In this document: positions 12,750 to 23,473 of the stretch, one piece after another
How positions within the stretch are numbered: the first letter of the stretch is position 1
Layout: each line of letters opens with the position of its first letter
Assembly: GCA_951406725.2 (NCBI GenBank)
Contig: OX597822.1
Location: forward strand, 87,854,001-87,918,000
DNA from: Octopus vulgaris
Taxonomy: Eukaryota
Reading direction: 5' to 3'
DNA: 64,000 bases
Notes under the pieces: model-generated
What the model saw: the letters and a program-made list of their open reading frames with translations, nothing else
Databases searched by the model: none
What the model was told of the DNA's origin: nothing
Program-made: the position numbers and the translations under genes

Positions 12750-13372
12750 TGGTGAGCTGGCAGAATCGTTAGCACACTGGGCGAAATGCGTAGCCGTATT
12801 TCGTCTGCCGTTACGTTCTGAGTTCAAATTCCGCCGAGGTCGACTTTGCCCTTTCATCCTTTCGGGGTCGATTAAATAAGTACCAGTTACGCACTGGGGT
12901 CGATATAATCGACTTAATCCGTTTGTCTGTCCTTGTTTGTTCTCTCTGTGGTTAGCCCCTTGCGAGTAGTAAAGAAATAGGTATTTTGTTTGCCGGTACA
13001 TTCTGAGTTCAAATTCTGCCGAAGTCGACTTTATTTTTCATCCTTTCGGGGTCGATAAATACCAGTTGTGTATTGGGGTCGATGTAATCAACTATCCCTC
13101 TTCCCGAAATTTCAGGCCTTGTGCCTATAGTAGAAAGGATTATATATGAACTTAAAGGCGGCGAGTTGGCAGAATCGTTAGCACAATGGTCGAAATGCTT
13201 GGTGGTATTTCGTCCGTCTTTACGTTCTGAGTTCAAATTCTGCCGAGGTCGTCTTTGCCTTTCATCCTTTCGATGTCGATGAAAAGAGTATCAGTCAAGC
13301 ACTAGGGTCGATGTAATAGACTATTCTCTCCCCGAAAAAATTTCAGGCCTTATGCCTATAGTAGAAAAGATT
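12750..13372 (+). mobile_element. Cluster of Nin-domain SINE copies
   Basis: Two heads (~12750 and ~13156) and three Nin-domain bodies. Another degenerate copy lies at 12252-12440. Confidence 0.75.
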
Positions 13373-14069
13373 ATATATATACCTAGAGATGGGAACCAAC
13401 GAGAGAGCCTCTATGTGGTCCTTCTATCTGCTAGATATAGTATCCAAAACTCTCTCAAATTACATCTCAAGATGTCATTGGATAGTATAGTCCCGGGTTC
13501 CTTGCACATACAAAAACACGGGTTGGTCATGGCCGGAATGTTTTTTGTTCAAAGATCTAACAAGATCAGGGCTGACTTCGGGGCTAAACAACACCTCCAT
13601 ATAACTCAAATGTATGATGCACATATCCTAAGTACTCAGAAAAATTTCAGAAAATTCAGAATAATGCCTTCCTTACGCAAAGACATTGCGTAAAACTCTT
13701 ACCAAATAGACAACTACGATGCTGGGTGCTTGCTCAATTTGCGGGGATTCAAGGCGATGATGATGATAATGATGATGGCAATGACGACTACGAAGATTAC
13801 GAACGAATACGACAGCAGTAACTTGATGCATTTAACACCTCCACAACGTCTACAAGGTAATCAAGAGAATAAAAATTGCGTTCGGTTATCGCACACCCTG
13901 GAAGTTATTTCCCAGTCCAAATAACAGTCGAGCCTTCTTTTCCATTTCTCAAAGAGTCTCCGGTACATTTCCAAAACACCTCATCTCCTTGTCATTGCTA
14001 CAGAAAAAGAAACAACCATATTCTTGGCCCATTTAAAAAGAAATTATGTATAAAACATCATATAATACG

Positions 14070-15537
14070 TTAGCAGAAATACCCGGCGTTGCCCGGGTTA
14101 AAAAATAATAAAATTTAAAAACGCTGTCTAGATTACGCAGGTCTGAACTGCTAGTAGCTGGGATACCAGCCTTCTGCATTAATAACTCTCCAACCCATGC
14201 CAGCATGGAACATAGACGTTAACTGAAATATTAAAAGAAAGCTTTCAACTCATATGTATATAAAGTAAATTCATGTAATTCAAAAACACGTTTTGTGTAG
14301 CTTATTTCGTAACCAAAAAACAAGAGCAGATTATAAACATGAAAGCCGAGTTTGATGATTCAAACTAAGGTAGTGATTCAAAAAAGGTAGTAGAGAGCCA
14401 ATTCGATGATTTTGAAATGCTCTGGATTTTGTAGTGCACAGTCTGTTCATTTCTTGGTATGCTACCCTTTCTGCAGCTGTCTCTTCTTCCCTGAACAGAG
14501 ACATTCTTTTGGCTGACCTTAGCATTATAGACAATGTTGGCACTTTCCGTCTAGGCATGTTTATATACGTGTACAGAAATACATGGGTGCAGAATATAGT
14601 AAACAATGAAAATAACTGGGTAACGGAAATTATATTTCTTAATATGACAGACAGAAAGTAAATAAGAAATTTTTACGGAAAATATAAATTGTACGGGTTG
14701 AAGCGAAATTTGTTAGTGAACCAAAGAGCCAGTATCGAAGGGGCCAGAAGAAAGCCGTTAACAACAGAAAAACACTAAACCGTTGCAAAAGTAAATAAGG
14801 AATTTTTAGGGAAATTAAATAAGCGTACGAATTTAAGTGAAATTTTTGAAGTTACTTCTGTCAGTAAATTATGTATGAAATTACTTTCATCAGTAATTGT
14901 GAACTTCTTTCTGTCAGTAATTTGTCGCTGTTGTTTGTAAATAGTGATTGAAAACTTACAGTGGAAACAATAGCGATTGAACTTCAAGTGAAAGCAATAG
15001 CGTCTGAAAATGGAAAGTGAAAACAACAGAGAGTGATTGAGTTATAGAGAGAGGGGGGAGAGAGAGAGGTAGCTAGTTAGAAAAATAAGATAGACATACA
15101 TAGACAGGAGAGATACAGATAGATACAAAGAGATAGATAGATATATATATATAGAGAGAGATGGATAGAGAGATATAGATAGATATGGATGTCATTGACG
15201 CTAGAAAACCGGAAGTAAATATTTTTAAAAACTTTCAAAGATGTGAATCTAATATAAAAAGCAATATTTTTTTATGACCAATGGATGTAAGGGAGACAAT
15301 CAATTTCTGGAAGTTACTTCGCAAAGAGTTACATCCCTTCTCCACGTAACCCAGGAACGGAAGTTTTTTGCCCCCAGGGGCCCCGTTACTCATTATGTGA
15401 AAAGCTTTAAGAGTGTAACACCATCCCTGGAACATAAGTAATGTATGTTCCCAGTTTGGAGAAAATCAGTTGAAAAATACGACCGTTATAATCTTTTACA
15501 TACACACGCACAGACAGAACGAGATTTATATTATAGA
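14070..15537 (-). mobile_element. Non-autonomous, internally deleted Helitron
   Basis: Minus-strand 5' end TCTATAATATAAATCTC at 15537. The 3' hairpin CCCGGGCAACGCCGGG is followed by TATTTCTG-CTAA (CTRR). The internal peptide MPRRKVPTLSIMLRSAKRMSLFREEETAAERVA (ATG ~14559) resembles the N-terminus of RepHel proteins. Confidence 0.75.
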
Positions 15538-15627
15538 TCTACAGTGATTAAGAGCTCAATTAATAATAAGTCGTTAAACTCGAACATGTTACGACATCAC
15601 AGTAAATTTAGACGAAAGAAAAGCTTG

Positions 15628-15754
15628 CTAAAAAACAATGCTGAAGAGCAACGTATAATTGAATAAAAGCCAGAAAAACATAAATTTCACTAAAAAACAA
15701 TGCTGAAGAGCAACGTATAATTGAATAAAAGAGCCAGAAAAACATAAATTTCAC
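15628..15754. repeat. Tandem duplication of ~62 bp
   Basis: CTAAAAAACAATGCTGAAGAGCAACG...AAATTTCAC occurs twice in a row. Confidence 0.85.
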
Positions 15755-16174
15755 AGATAATATATCATATTTACTTTTAACAGCTGTTTCATTAGGAATA
15801 AATGTTATTAATTCCAGAATTAATCAATATAAATTAATTTATATTAAATCAATTTAAAGCAATGTTTATCCGAAATCATCAGAATTATTACGGGCCATGC
15901 TAATCATAGACTTGCTGGCCTTTCTCACCTTCTCTCTCTCTCTCTCTCTCTCTCTTCTGTGCATGTGTGTGTGTGCACGTGCGTGCATGTGCATGTATTT
16001 ATATTCACGATAGGGTTCGCTAATTTCTGTTGCACGGTATCGATTAGCCAGAGGCTACAGCAGAAAATATTTGTTTTTCAAAGTGCCGTCCCATGATATC
16101 GAACTTAAAACTCAAGTGATTGTAAAATAAACTTCTTAAACGCTTGACTATACCTGCGTCATATGGATGTAATC

Positions 16175-16350
16175 TGTTATCTTTTACTTGTTTTAATCAC
16201 TGCACGGCGGCCATGCTGGGGCACCACTGTGGAATGTTTAGTCGAAAAAATCGACCAAAGTACTCTTTTCAAAGTTTTTTGCCGAACCGCTAGGTTACGG
16301 CTTCGTAAAGAAACCAGCACCAGCTGTCAGTCAGGGGTAAGGGACAAACA
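16175..16350 (-). mobile_element. 3' half of an OR2-like SINE
   Basis: Reverse complement of the 11370-11558 region, degenerate. Confidence 0.6.
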
Positions 16351-16353
16351 TAA

Positions 16354-16392
<39 letters not shown>

Positions 16393-16408
16393 TATGTTAG
16401 TTATGGTG

Positions 16409-16481
16409 CGGTCACTGATGAGAATTTCGCCTAGCAAATTATTTTACTTGGTAAAAAAAATTTGAAACCTAGGTTTGACCG
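16409..16481 (+). ncRNA. Type I hammerhead ribozyme (Penelope/retrozyme-like)
   Basis: Stem I CGGTCA/TGACCG, core CTGATGA (16415-21), stem II GAATTT/AAATTT, GAAA (16464-67), palindromic stem III ACCTAGGT, and cleavage triplet GUU. Confidence 0.75.
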
Positions 16482-16946
16482 GAATAAAATAACAAGGTAA
16501 AAGTTTTTATTTTTCATTCCTTTTAAAAATTGCTCTTAAATGTGGTTTTGGTCGTTTTAACTACTTTTTCTAGCTGGTAAAACTGCCTGTTGAAGGCTGT
16601 TTCTCTTGTGTTTAAATGTACACAATGAGAATATATTGTCTATTCACTTTATATACATGCTAGGCCACTGGTAGTGAAATTTCTAAAAAGAAACTCGCTA
16701 CGCTATATTTTCCGTGTGCATATATATATTCATGTATGTTATTTTGTAATAATTACTGGTATCCTTATATATTAATATATTTAATATCTTATATGTAAAG
16801 CATAATATGTTATACATGTATGTATATTATTGTAATTGTCAGTTTAGTAAATAAATAAATAAGTTAACATAATATAATGTCTAAAAGTTGATGAACCACC
16901 TATCGATCCCCTCCATTTTCTTATTGCTATATATATATATATATAT

Positions 16947-18096
16947 TGTTACGGTTGGCTAAGTGCATTTCGGGTTTAATTAGTGTAGTGTTTCTGGTGA
17001 CCCACATCGTGGATATGGTTCCAGTATGTCTGGTGAAAATGTGACAGTCTTTTGTCTAATGGAGGACTAATGGGTTTTGGAATGACCTGTGACCTCGTGC
17101 GGTTGAGAAGAGGGTCAGGAGAATGTGAAAGAAAAGGGACAGATTAAGGGCTGAGAGCAAATAGAGATAGAGTATAAGCAGTAAGGGACGGATGGAGAGG
17201 CTAAGAGTCTGGCAGGCGATAGCGATAGAGTAAGAGCAGAGGGCAAATAGAAAGGATAAGCAGTAAGGGACAGATAGAGAGGCTAAGGGATTGAGGCGAT
17301 ATAGATAGAGTAAGGAATCAGAGAGCAGTTAGAAAGGGTAGGAGCGATATAGACAGAGGGAGATGAGGGAGTGGAAGTCAGGACAAGGAAGTGAGGTTCT
17401 GGGCAGTCGTTGAGCGGTCGTCGAGGAACACGGACGGACTCTGGAGGTCAGAGCGAGTGGATGGAACCTTGGATTTAAGGAACAAGCGTTGGAATTCTTA
17501 GGAGCAAGTTGGATGCGAGAAAGCTTGGCGGCACAGAAGGGAATTAGCAGTATTCAGAGGAATTAGCAGTATTGAGAGGAATGGGACACTGGCAGATTCA
17601 ATTAGGAACTGAGGTATGTGATTTGTGTATTGAACAGTCAAGGACTCTGTCGATGTGGTCGATAAAGGACATTGTGAAGAAGAAGAGTAAAGGACTTGTT
17701 ATTTGTGATGTTTAGAAAAAGAGACTTTAGAGAACTGTGTCTTCGGACGTGTACCTTTGAAATACTGTATATGACTTGTTGCGTCTCCGGACTGATATAT
17801 TGTTACATGATGTTGTATTATGTATTGAGTAGTCACGTGCATGCTTTGATGTATCTTGATGTGTAACATTGTAATTGCCGTATAAACTGTTGTTTGAATA
17901 TAAGCCAGTGTTGCCAGTTGTTGCCTTGCCTCTTTGGGTTGTATCTCGGGTTGTGCCTCTGTATCTCTGTGCTGTTGAGGTTGTGGCAGTATCTATCTGT
18001 ATCTCCTCTCTCCGCCTCTTTGGGTTCCGTGGCGGAACTAGTGTGCGAGCCGTTCGGGACGAGCGACGACGGGCGATTCCAGTCCGTTCCGTAACA
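16947..18096 (+). repeat. 5' LTR (1150 bp)
   Basis: TG...CA ends with an 8-bp terminal inverted repeat. By eye it matches 20092-21242 apart from one T indel near 17862. Confidence 0.95.
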
Positions 18097-18098
18097 AC

Positions 18099-18116
18099 TG
18101 GTGTCAGAAGTGGGAT
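18099..18116 (+). other. Primer-binding site complementary to the tRNA-Leu(CAA) 3' end
   Basis: TGGTGTCAGAAGTGGGAT begins 2 nt after the 5' LTR. Confidence 0.9.
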
Positions 18117-18154
18117 TGTCCTGATTGCTGCGTTTCGATCGGTTCTTTTTCGCT

Positions 18155-20080
18155 ATGGATTTGTCTGGCTGTCAGACCGGAGACGAGGGGATTTCGCTTG
18201 CCCTGATTGTGGAGATGTTAGGGGGCCAGATCGCGCAGACGGACGCGTTCGTGGAAAGAATGGACAAGAGGCGACGGGGCCTGTGGGCAGATCAGCAGGA
18301 GCTTGAGGTTGCGGATGGGTCAGCTTTGGAGGATCGGTGTTGGACCGAGGATAGCGACGGTCCTGTGGGCAGAGATTGCCCGTCGAACGAAGCATCGAGG
18401 GAAACAGATAGTGAAGGAAGTGTTGCCGAAATCTGTGATGCTGGACCGGCTGTGTTTGCGGAACCTGGGCTGGTTGCCGAAATTTGTGACGCTGTACCCA
18501 AGAAATCTTGTGATTTGGAACCCGTAGAGGTTGAAGTAACCAAAAGGCCTGTGGAAGGTGTTATGGCTGATGCTGTTGTTCCGTGTCTGGAGCCCTTGGC
18601 ATCTCGACCCCTGTCTCTCGGAGCTCAGGACGAAGAGCTGGCGAGGTCTGGGGCGAATGTCGCTGAGTCCGAGGTTCCGGCTCTGTGTGTGATGGTCGCG
18701 GCAGGTGCTATGCCGTGTGCGGGTCCTTTGGTGTCTGGACCCCTGTCTCTTGGGGCCCAGAGGGACTGTATGGTTCCCACTGTGGAGAGGCCACAGGCGT
18801 GGATGGACTGGCGGCCGGGCGTGTGTGTTGTGAGGCCTGCGGTACGGAAGCTGGTGAGGAAAAGGACCAGGCCCGTTGACGAGGCGAGACGGCTGCGAAC
18901 GGTGGTGGGTCCACCGAGACCAGGAGGACTGCTTCAGCGTTGGGTGAGCTTTGTGGTTGATGGTTGCTTGGGGCCGGTGGAGCCCGACAGGCAGTGCCTA
19001 GTGAAAGCTCGATTGAGGGTCGGGTGGACCCTAGTGGAAGCAGAAGCTGGTGGAGCGCTAGCTGGGTCGGCCGATCTTTTGGAAGTGGCACAGGCGATTT
19101 GCAGAAGGCAAATCGAGGAATCGTGCCAGATGGCGAACCAGTGGTGGGGCCAGCTCTGCCGATACGGCAACGCAGTTGAAGGAGGTGGTGGCCCACGGAT
19201 GCAGTTGAGGAAGCGGTCCGCAAGGAGTCGCTGGTGCTTTGTTGGCACTTGGGGGAGCTCTGTATTTGATGGTTGCGTGGGGCCGGTGGAGCCCGACATG
19301 CAGTGCGGAATAGGAACTCAATTGAGGGTCGGCTGGACCCTGGTGGAGGCAGAGTCTGACAGAGCGCTGGTTGGGTCGGCCGAGTTATTGAAGGCTGCGC
19401 AGGCGATTTGCAGAGGGCAAATCGTGGAACTGCGCCGGACGGTAAACCAGCGGCGGGGTCAGTTCTGCCGGTGCAGAGATGAAGTTAAGGGAGTTCGTGG
19501 TCCGCTGATGCAGTTGCGGAAGAGGCAACTGTTGGTGAAGAGCGCAGGACGTTGGTCGCGAGGGTTGTTGGATGCTGGTCGCACGGACCTGGCAGAACGT
19601 TTCGTCGACCAGGGCGGTTGTCGCTTGAGGAGGCGGCGAGGCCGGAGGAAGGTCTCAGTACAGCAGCGCAAGAGGAGATATCGGCGACGGGGAACTGTGG
19701 AAAAGCGGAATGGTCCCTGGTCGTCGGCGATAATTGCGCGGAATGGAGATGGTACAGCAAGATGCTACGTGGGCTATAGAGCCCTGAGGAAGGTGGCCAC
19801 TGTGAAGGATTGGCCGGACCCTTCCTGTGTGAGGGATTTGAGGAACTTCTTCGGACGGTGCGCCTATTGTGGACGGCTAGTAGGAAGCCTGGCGGCGTTG
19901 GCGGAGGTGTTACCCAAGCCGCAGAGGGAAGGTGCCAACCTGTGGCTGGTGCTGAAGTGGTGGCCGTGGGAGGTGAGACCCCCGGAGGAGAAACCACCCA
20001 AGGGGACCCCCAGCCCCTGGAGAGTCTGCTGCTCGGAGGTGCGAGTTTTGTTATGCTTTGTCGGGTCGACAAAAGCTTAG
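18155..20080 (+). CDS. 641-aa ORF of highly diverged gag/pol remnants with no RT catalytic core, RNase H or integrase
   Basis: Open from 18125 (first ATG 18155) to TAG 20080. It contains two copies of a 103-codon gag-like unit. GRTDLAERFVDQG...GTVEKRNGPWSSAIIARNGDGTARCYVGYRAL (RT N-terminus-like) is fused to KVATVKDWPDPSCVRDLRNFFGRCAYCGRLV (RT thumb/connection-like). Confidence 0.75.
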   Translation: MDLSGCQTGDEGISLALIVEMLGGQIAQTDAFVERMDKRRRGLWADQQELEVADGSALEDRCWTEDSDGPVGRDCPSNEASRETDSEGSVAEICDAGPAVFAEPGLVAEICDAVPKKSCDLEPVEVEVTKRPVEGVMADAVVPCLEPLASRPLSLGAQDEELARSGANVAESEVPALCVMVAAGAMPCAGPLVSGPLSLGAQRDCMVPTVERPQAWMDWRPGVCVVRPAVRKLVRKRTRPVDEARRLRTVVGPPRPGGLLQRWVSFVVDGCLGPVEPDRQCLVKARLRVGWTLVEAEAGGALAGSADLLEVAQAICRRQIEESCQMANQWWGQLCRYGNAVEGGGGPRMQLRKRSARSRWCFVGTWGSSVFDGCVGPVEPDMQCGIGTQLRVGWTLVEAESDRALVGSAELLKAAQAICRGQIVELRRTVNQRRGQFCRCRDEVKGVRGPLMQLRKRQLLVKSAGRWSRGLLDAGRTDLAERFVDQGGCRLRRRRGRRKVSVQQRKRRYRRRGTVEKRNGPWSSAIIARNGDGTARCYVGYRALRKVATVKDWPDPSCVRDLRNFFGRCAYCGRLVGSLAALAEVLPKPQREGANLWLVLKWWPWEVRPPEEKPPKGTPSPWRVCCSEVRVLLCFVGSTKA

Positions 20081-20091
20081 GTAGGGGGTAG
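20079..20091 (+). other. Polypurine tract
   Basis: AGGTAGGGGGTAG directly abuts the 3' LTR. Confidence 0.85.
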
Positions 20092-21238
20092 TGTTACGGT
20101 TGGCTAAGTGCATTTCGGGTTTAATTAGTGTAGTGTTTCTGGTGACCCACATCGTGGATATGGTTCCAGTATGTCTGGTGAAAATGTGACAGTCTTTTGT
20201 CTAATGGAGGACTAATGGGTTTTGGAATGACCTGTGACCTCGTGCGGTTGAGAAGAGGGTCAGGAGAATGTGAAAGAAAAGGGACAGATTAAGGGCTGAG
20301 AGCAAATAGAGATAGAGTATAAGCAGTAAGGGACGGATGGAGAGGCTAAGAGTCTGGCAGGCGATAGCGATAGAGTAAGAGCAGAGGGCAAATAGAAAGG
20401 ATAAGCAGTAAGGGACAGATAGAGAGGCTAAGGGATTGAGGCGATATAGATAGAGTAAGGAATCAGAGAGCAGTTAGAAAGGGTAGGAGCGATATAGACA
20501 GAGGGAGATGAGGGAGTGGAAGTCAGGACAAGGAAGTGAGGTTCTGGGCAGTCGTTGAGCGGTCGTCGAGGAACACGGACGGACTCTGGAGGTCAGAGCG
20601 AGTGGATGGAACCTTGGATTTAAGGAACAAGCGTTGGAATTCTTAGGAGCAAGTTGGATGCGAGAAAGCTTGGCGGCACAGAAGGGAATTAGCAGTATTC
20701 AGAGGAATTAGCAGTATTGAGAGGAATGGGACACTGGCAGATTCAATTAGGAACTGAGGTATGTGATTTGTGTATTGAACAGTCAAGGACTCTGTCGATG
20801 TGGTCGATAAAGGACATTGTGAAGAAGAAGAGTAAAGGACTTGTTATTTGTGATGTTTAGAAAAAGAGACTTTAGAGAACTGTGTCTTCGGACGTGTACC
20901 TTTGAAATACTGTATATGACTTGTTGCGTCTCCGGACTGATATATTGTTACATGATGTTGTATTATGTATTGAGTAGTCACGTGCATGCTTTGATGTATC
21001 TTGATGTTGTAACATTGTAATTGCCGTATAAACTGTTGTTTGAATATAAGCCAGTGTTGCCAGTTGTTGCCTTGCCTCTTTGGGTTGTATCTCGGGTTGT
21101 GCCTCTGTATCTCTGTGCTGTTGAGGTTGTGGCAGTATCTATCTGTATCTCCTCTCTCCGCCTCTTTGGGTTCCGTGGCGGAACTAGTGTGCGAGCCGTT
21201 CGGGACGAGCGACGACGGGCGATTCCAGTCCGTTCCGT

Positions 21239-21242
<4 letters not shown>
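20092..21242 (+). repeat. 3' LTR (1151 bp)
   Basis: Direct repeat of 16947-18096. Confidence 0.95.
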
Positions 21243-21280
<38 letters not shown>

Positions 21281-21366
21281 ATATATTCATGTATGTCTGT
21301 AAGTATATGTGTGTATGAGTGTGTATGTATATATGTGTGTGTGTGTGTGTATGTGTGTGTATACAC

Positions 21367-21531
21367 AATAAGCTTCTTTCGGCTTCCGGTTACTAAATCC
21401 ACTTACAAGGCTTTGGTCAGTCCCGGTCTATAAAGAAGAAGACACTTATCCAAGATATTACACAGTGAGACTGAACCCCAAACTGTGTGGTTGGGAAGCA
21501 AACTTCTTACCATTGAGTCATGCTTTCGCCT
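21367..21531 (-). mobile_element. 5' half of an OR2-like SINE
   Basis: Reverse complement of the 11163-11325 region, degenerate. Confidence 0.65.
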
Positions 21532-22238
21532 ATGAAATAAATTAAAGCAAGAACAGAAGGATTTTTCCCACAAACCAACACCATAGAAATTCCAACTGCC
21601 ATCCTGATAGGAAGTACGAAAATTCTGAGAAAAAAAAAACCAAACTATTTCTAATAATTGTGCATGTGAATTGTATCTGATGAACTCCTGTTATGAGAAC
21701 ATGTAAACATTGCTGTGAGTTTTTGTTGATTTAGTCATGATTAGCCCACCTAATGATGAAAAGCAAAGTCGACCTCGGCGGAATTTGAACTCAGAACATA
21801 GCGGCAGACAAAATATCTATTTCTTTACTACCCACAAGGGGCTACACACAGAGAGGACAAACAAGGACATTATCTTATGTGTCCTTCGTTTTTCATGATA
21901 GCAAAATGCATCCTGATTGAGATTTGGCTGCTATTACTTGCAGTTCGAGCGACCATGTAGAGCAGGAATGAGCAGCCTTTTTCGAGAAACGGGCTGCATG
22001 GGACGTGGCTCATCATTGGACTCTCTAAAAAATATTTGCAAGCGTGCCAGTTTGATTATCCCGCGAGCCGCATTTTGCTCATGACCATACATTGTAGAGG
22101 CTCCCTCGTTACTTTCTTTGTTGTTATTGTTGTTGTTATTGTTGTTGTCATATCAGCTGCGACCGTGCTGTCCGACGATAAAAGATGTTCCAGCCGTGAG
22201 CACTCCACCCAAAGTTCTCAATACTTATGATGGTAGAG

Positions 22239-22528
22239 CAGTGGTTCTCAAACATCCTTGGGCTGCCGCCCCTTTGACACCCAAATAACATTCCTAGCAC
22301 CCCACCCCAACTAACCAAGCCTTTTTCTGAGGCAAATTCAAAGCAACTGCATTTAACAAATGAAACTTAATCCATTATTTTGTTGTGTTTTATATAAATC
22401 GCTACACTTTTATTGCTCCACTTTTTACATGAATCACTGCCTCATTATCTCCCCACTTTTCTTGAGTGGCCCCTTGGAACTTTCCAGCGCCCCCAGTGGG
22501 GCAATACCGCCCGCTTTTGGAACCACTA
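22239..22528. mobile_element. hAT (Charlie-like) MITE
   Basis: TIRs CAGTGGTTCTCAAA / TTTGGAACCACTA. 8-bp TSD TGGTAGAG / TGGTAGGG (7/8). Confidence 0.75.
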
Positions 22529-22583
22529 TGGTAGGGCATAATTTGGGGCAGATTTGGCTGTTATTTACTGCTGATTAGAAACA

Positions 22584-22657
<74 letters not shown>

Positions 22658-22779
22658 TTGGTTGATCCCTTATGCTGAGTCTATCAGGTGCCTCATTGTT
22701 TGAGAATTGGAGAAACACTGAGTAGTCTCAGAAGGCAACAACCGAATTACTATTATAATATTTCATAGAATGTATTGAG

Positions 22780-23400
22780 TACTTTTTGATCCTTTCTGGA
22801 TCTGTTCAGTTTGGTTCACAGATTTTTAAATCACTTTTTTTTAGAAACTACTACTCTAGTCAGAGTAGACCTGGGAACAAATTGTGGCTAAGAATTGGTT
22901 CCACACTCCTCAAAATCCGGGAACTCCCGAATCCCAGACCTTCCGTTGTATACAGTAAAGTCATAGACGGTTGTTGTTTATCACTCCATCTACTGAAAGT
23001 CATATGGCGATAGGAGAATGGCGATCTGAGCTGACCAAACTAGTTGGAAGCGCATAGGCAACAAGGACTCTTATCCTAACATCGCTGTTGAGTCTTCCCA
23101 TGACAGGAACCAGCTCCGGTGGAGACTCTTGTGACTGAACAGCTTATTTTAAGGAGACCGTTTCTCATCCGAATTCCTGAGCAGGTGTTAGAAAAGATGC
23201 TCTAAGCATTGCCTGTCACATTGATCCATTGGAGGTCACAACTTTTGTCTGTCGTCTATGCTTCAAACCATGTAGACCGGGAGCGGGAGTCAATAGTCAT
23301 CTCAGAGTTCCTGGATCAGAAGTCGGAAATCTCATTGACAATGAGGAAACACAAGTGACGGCAATCATCTGTGAAGATGGAGTAATCACTATGTATGTAC
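22780..23400 (+). pseudogene. 3' end remnant of an RTE-clade LINE
   Basis: FVCRLCFKPCRPGAGVNSHLR resembles the C-terminal C2H2-like motif of RTE ORF2. It is followed by a short UTR and a microsatellite tail. Confidence 0.45.
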
Positions 23401-23442
23401 TTATACGTATATAAGTGTGTGCATGTGTGTGTGTGTGTGTGC

Positions 23443-23473
<31 letters not shown>

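Larger units (their letters stand above)
16947..21242 (+). mobile_element. Non-autonomous Gypsy-derived LTR retroelement, very recent insertion
   Basis: Two LTRs with TGTTACGG...CCGTAACA termini, a PBS, a PPT and a single internal ORF. It is inserted in a (TA)n tract with ATAT on both sides. Confidence 0.95.

Noticed and set aside
15775-15890. Hammerhead-like motif on the minus strand (CTGATGA...GAAACAGCTGTT); similar weak ones at ~27940, ~46120 and ~56060
   Set aside because: Stems I/II do not pair convincingly or the core is mutated. They are probably decayed copies, so I did not call them.
17875-18306. 143-aa hydrophobic ORF spanning the LTR end and PBS (env-like?)
   Set aside because: It has a non-ATG start, lies mostly within the T/G-rich LTR, crosses the PBS and shows no env motifs.
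18153-20072. Antisense ORFs (up to 195 aa) in the LTR element interior
   Set aside because: They are shadows of the GC-rich sense ORF. The recognisable motifs and the synonymous pattern are in the + frame.
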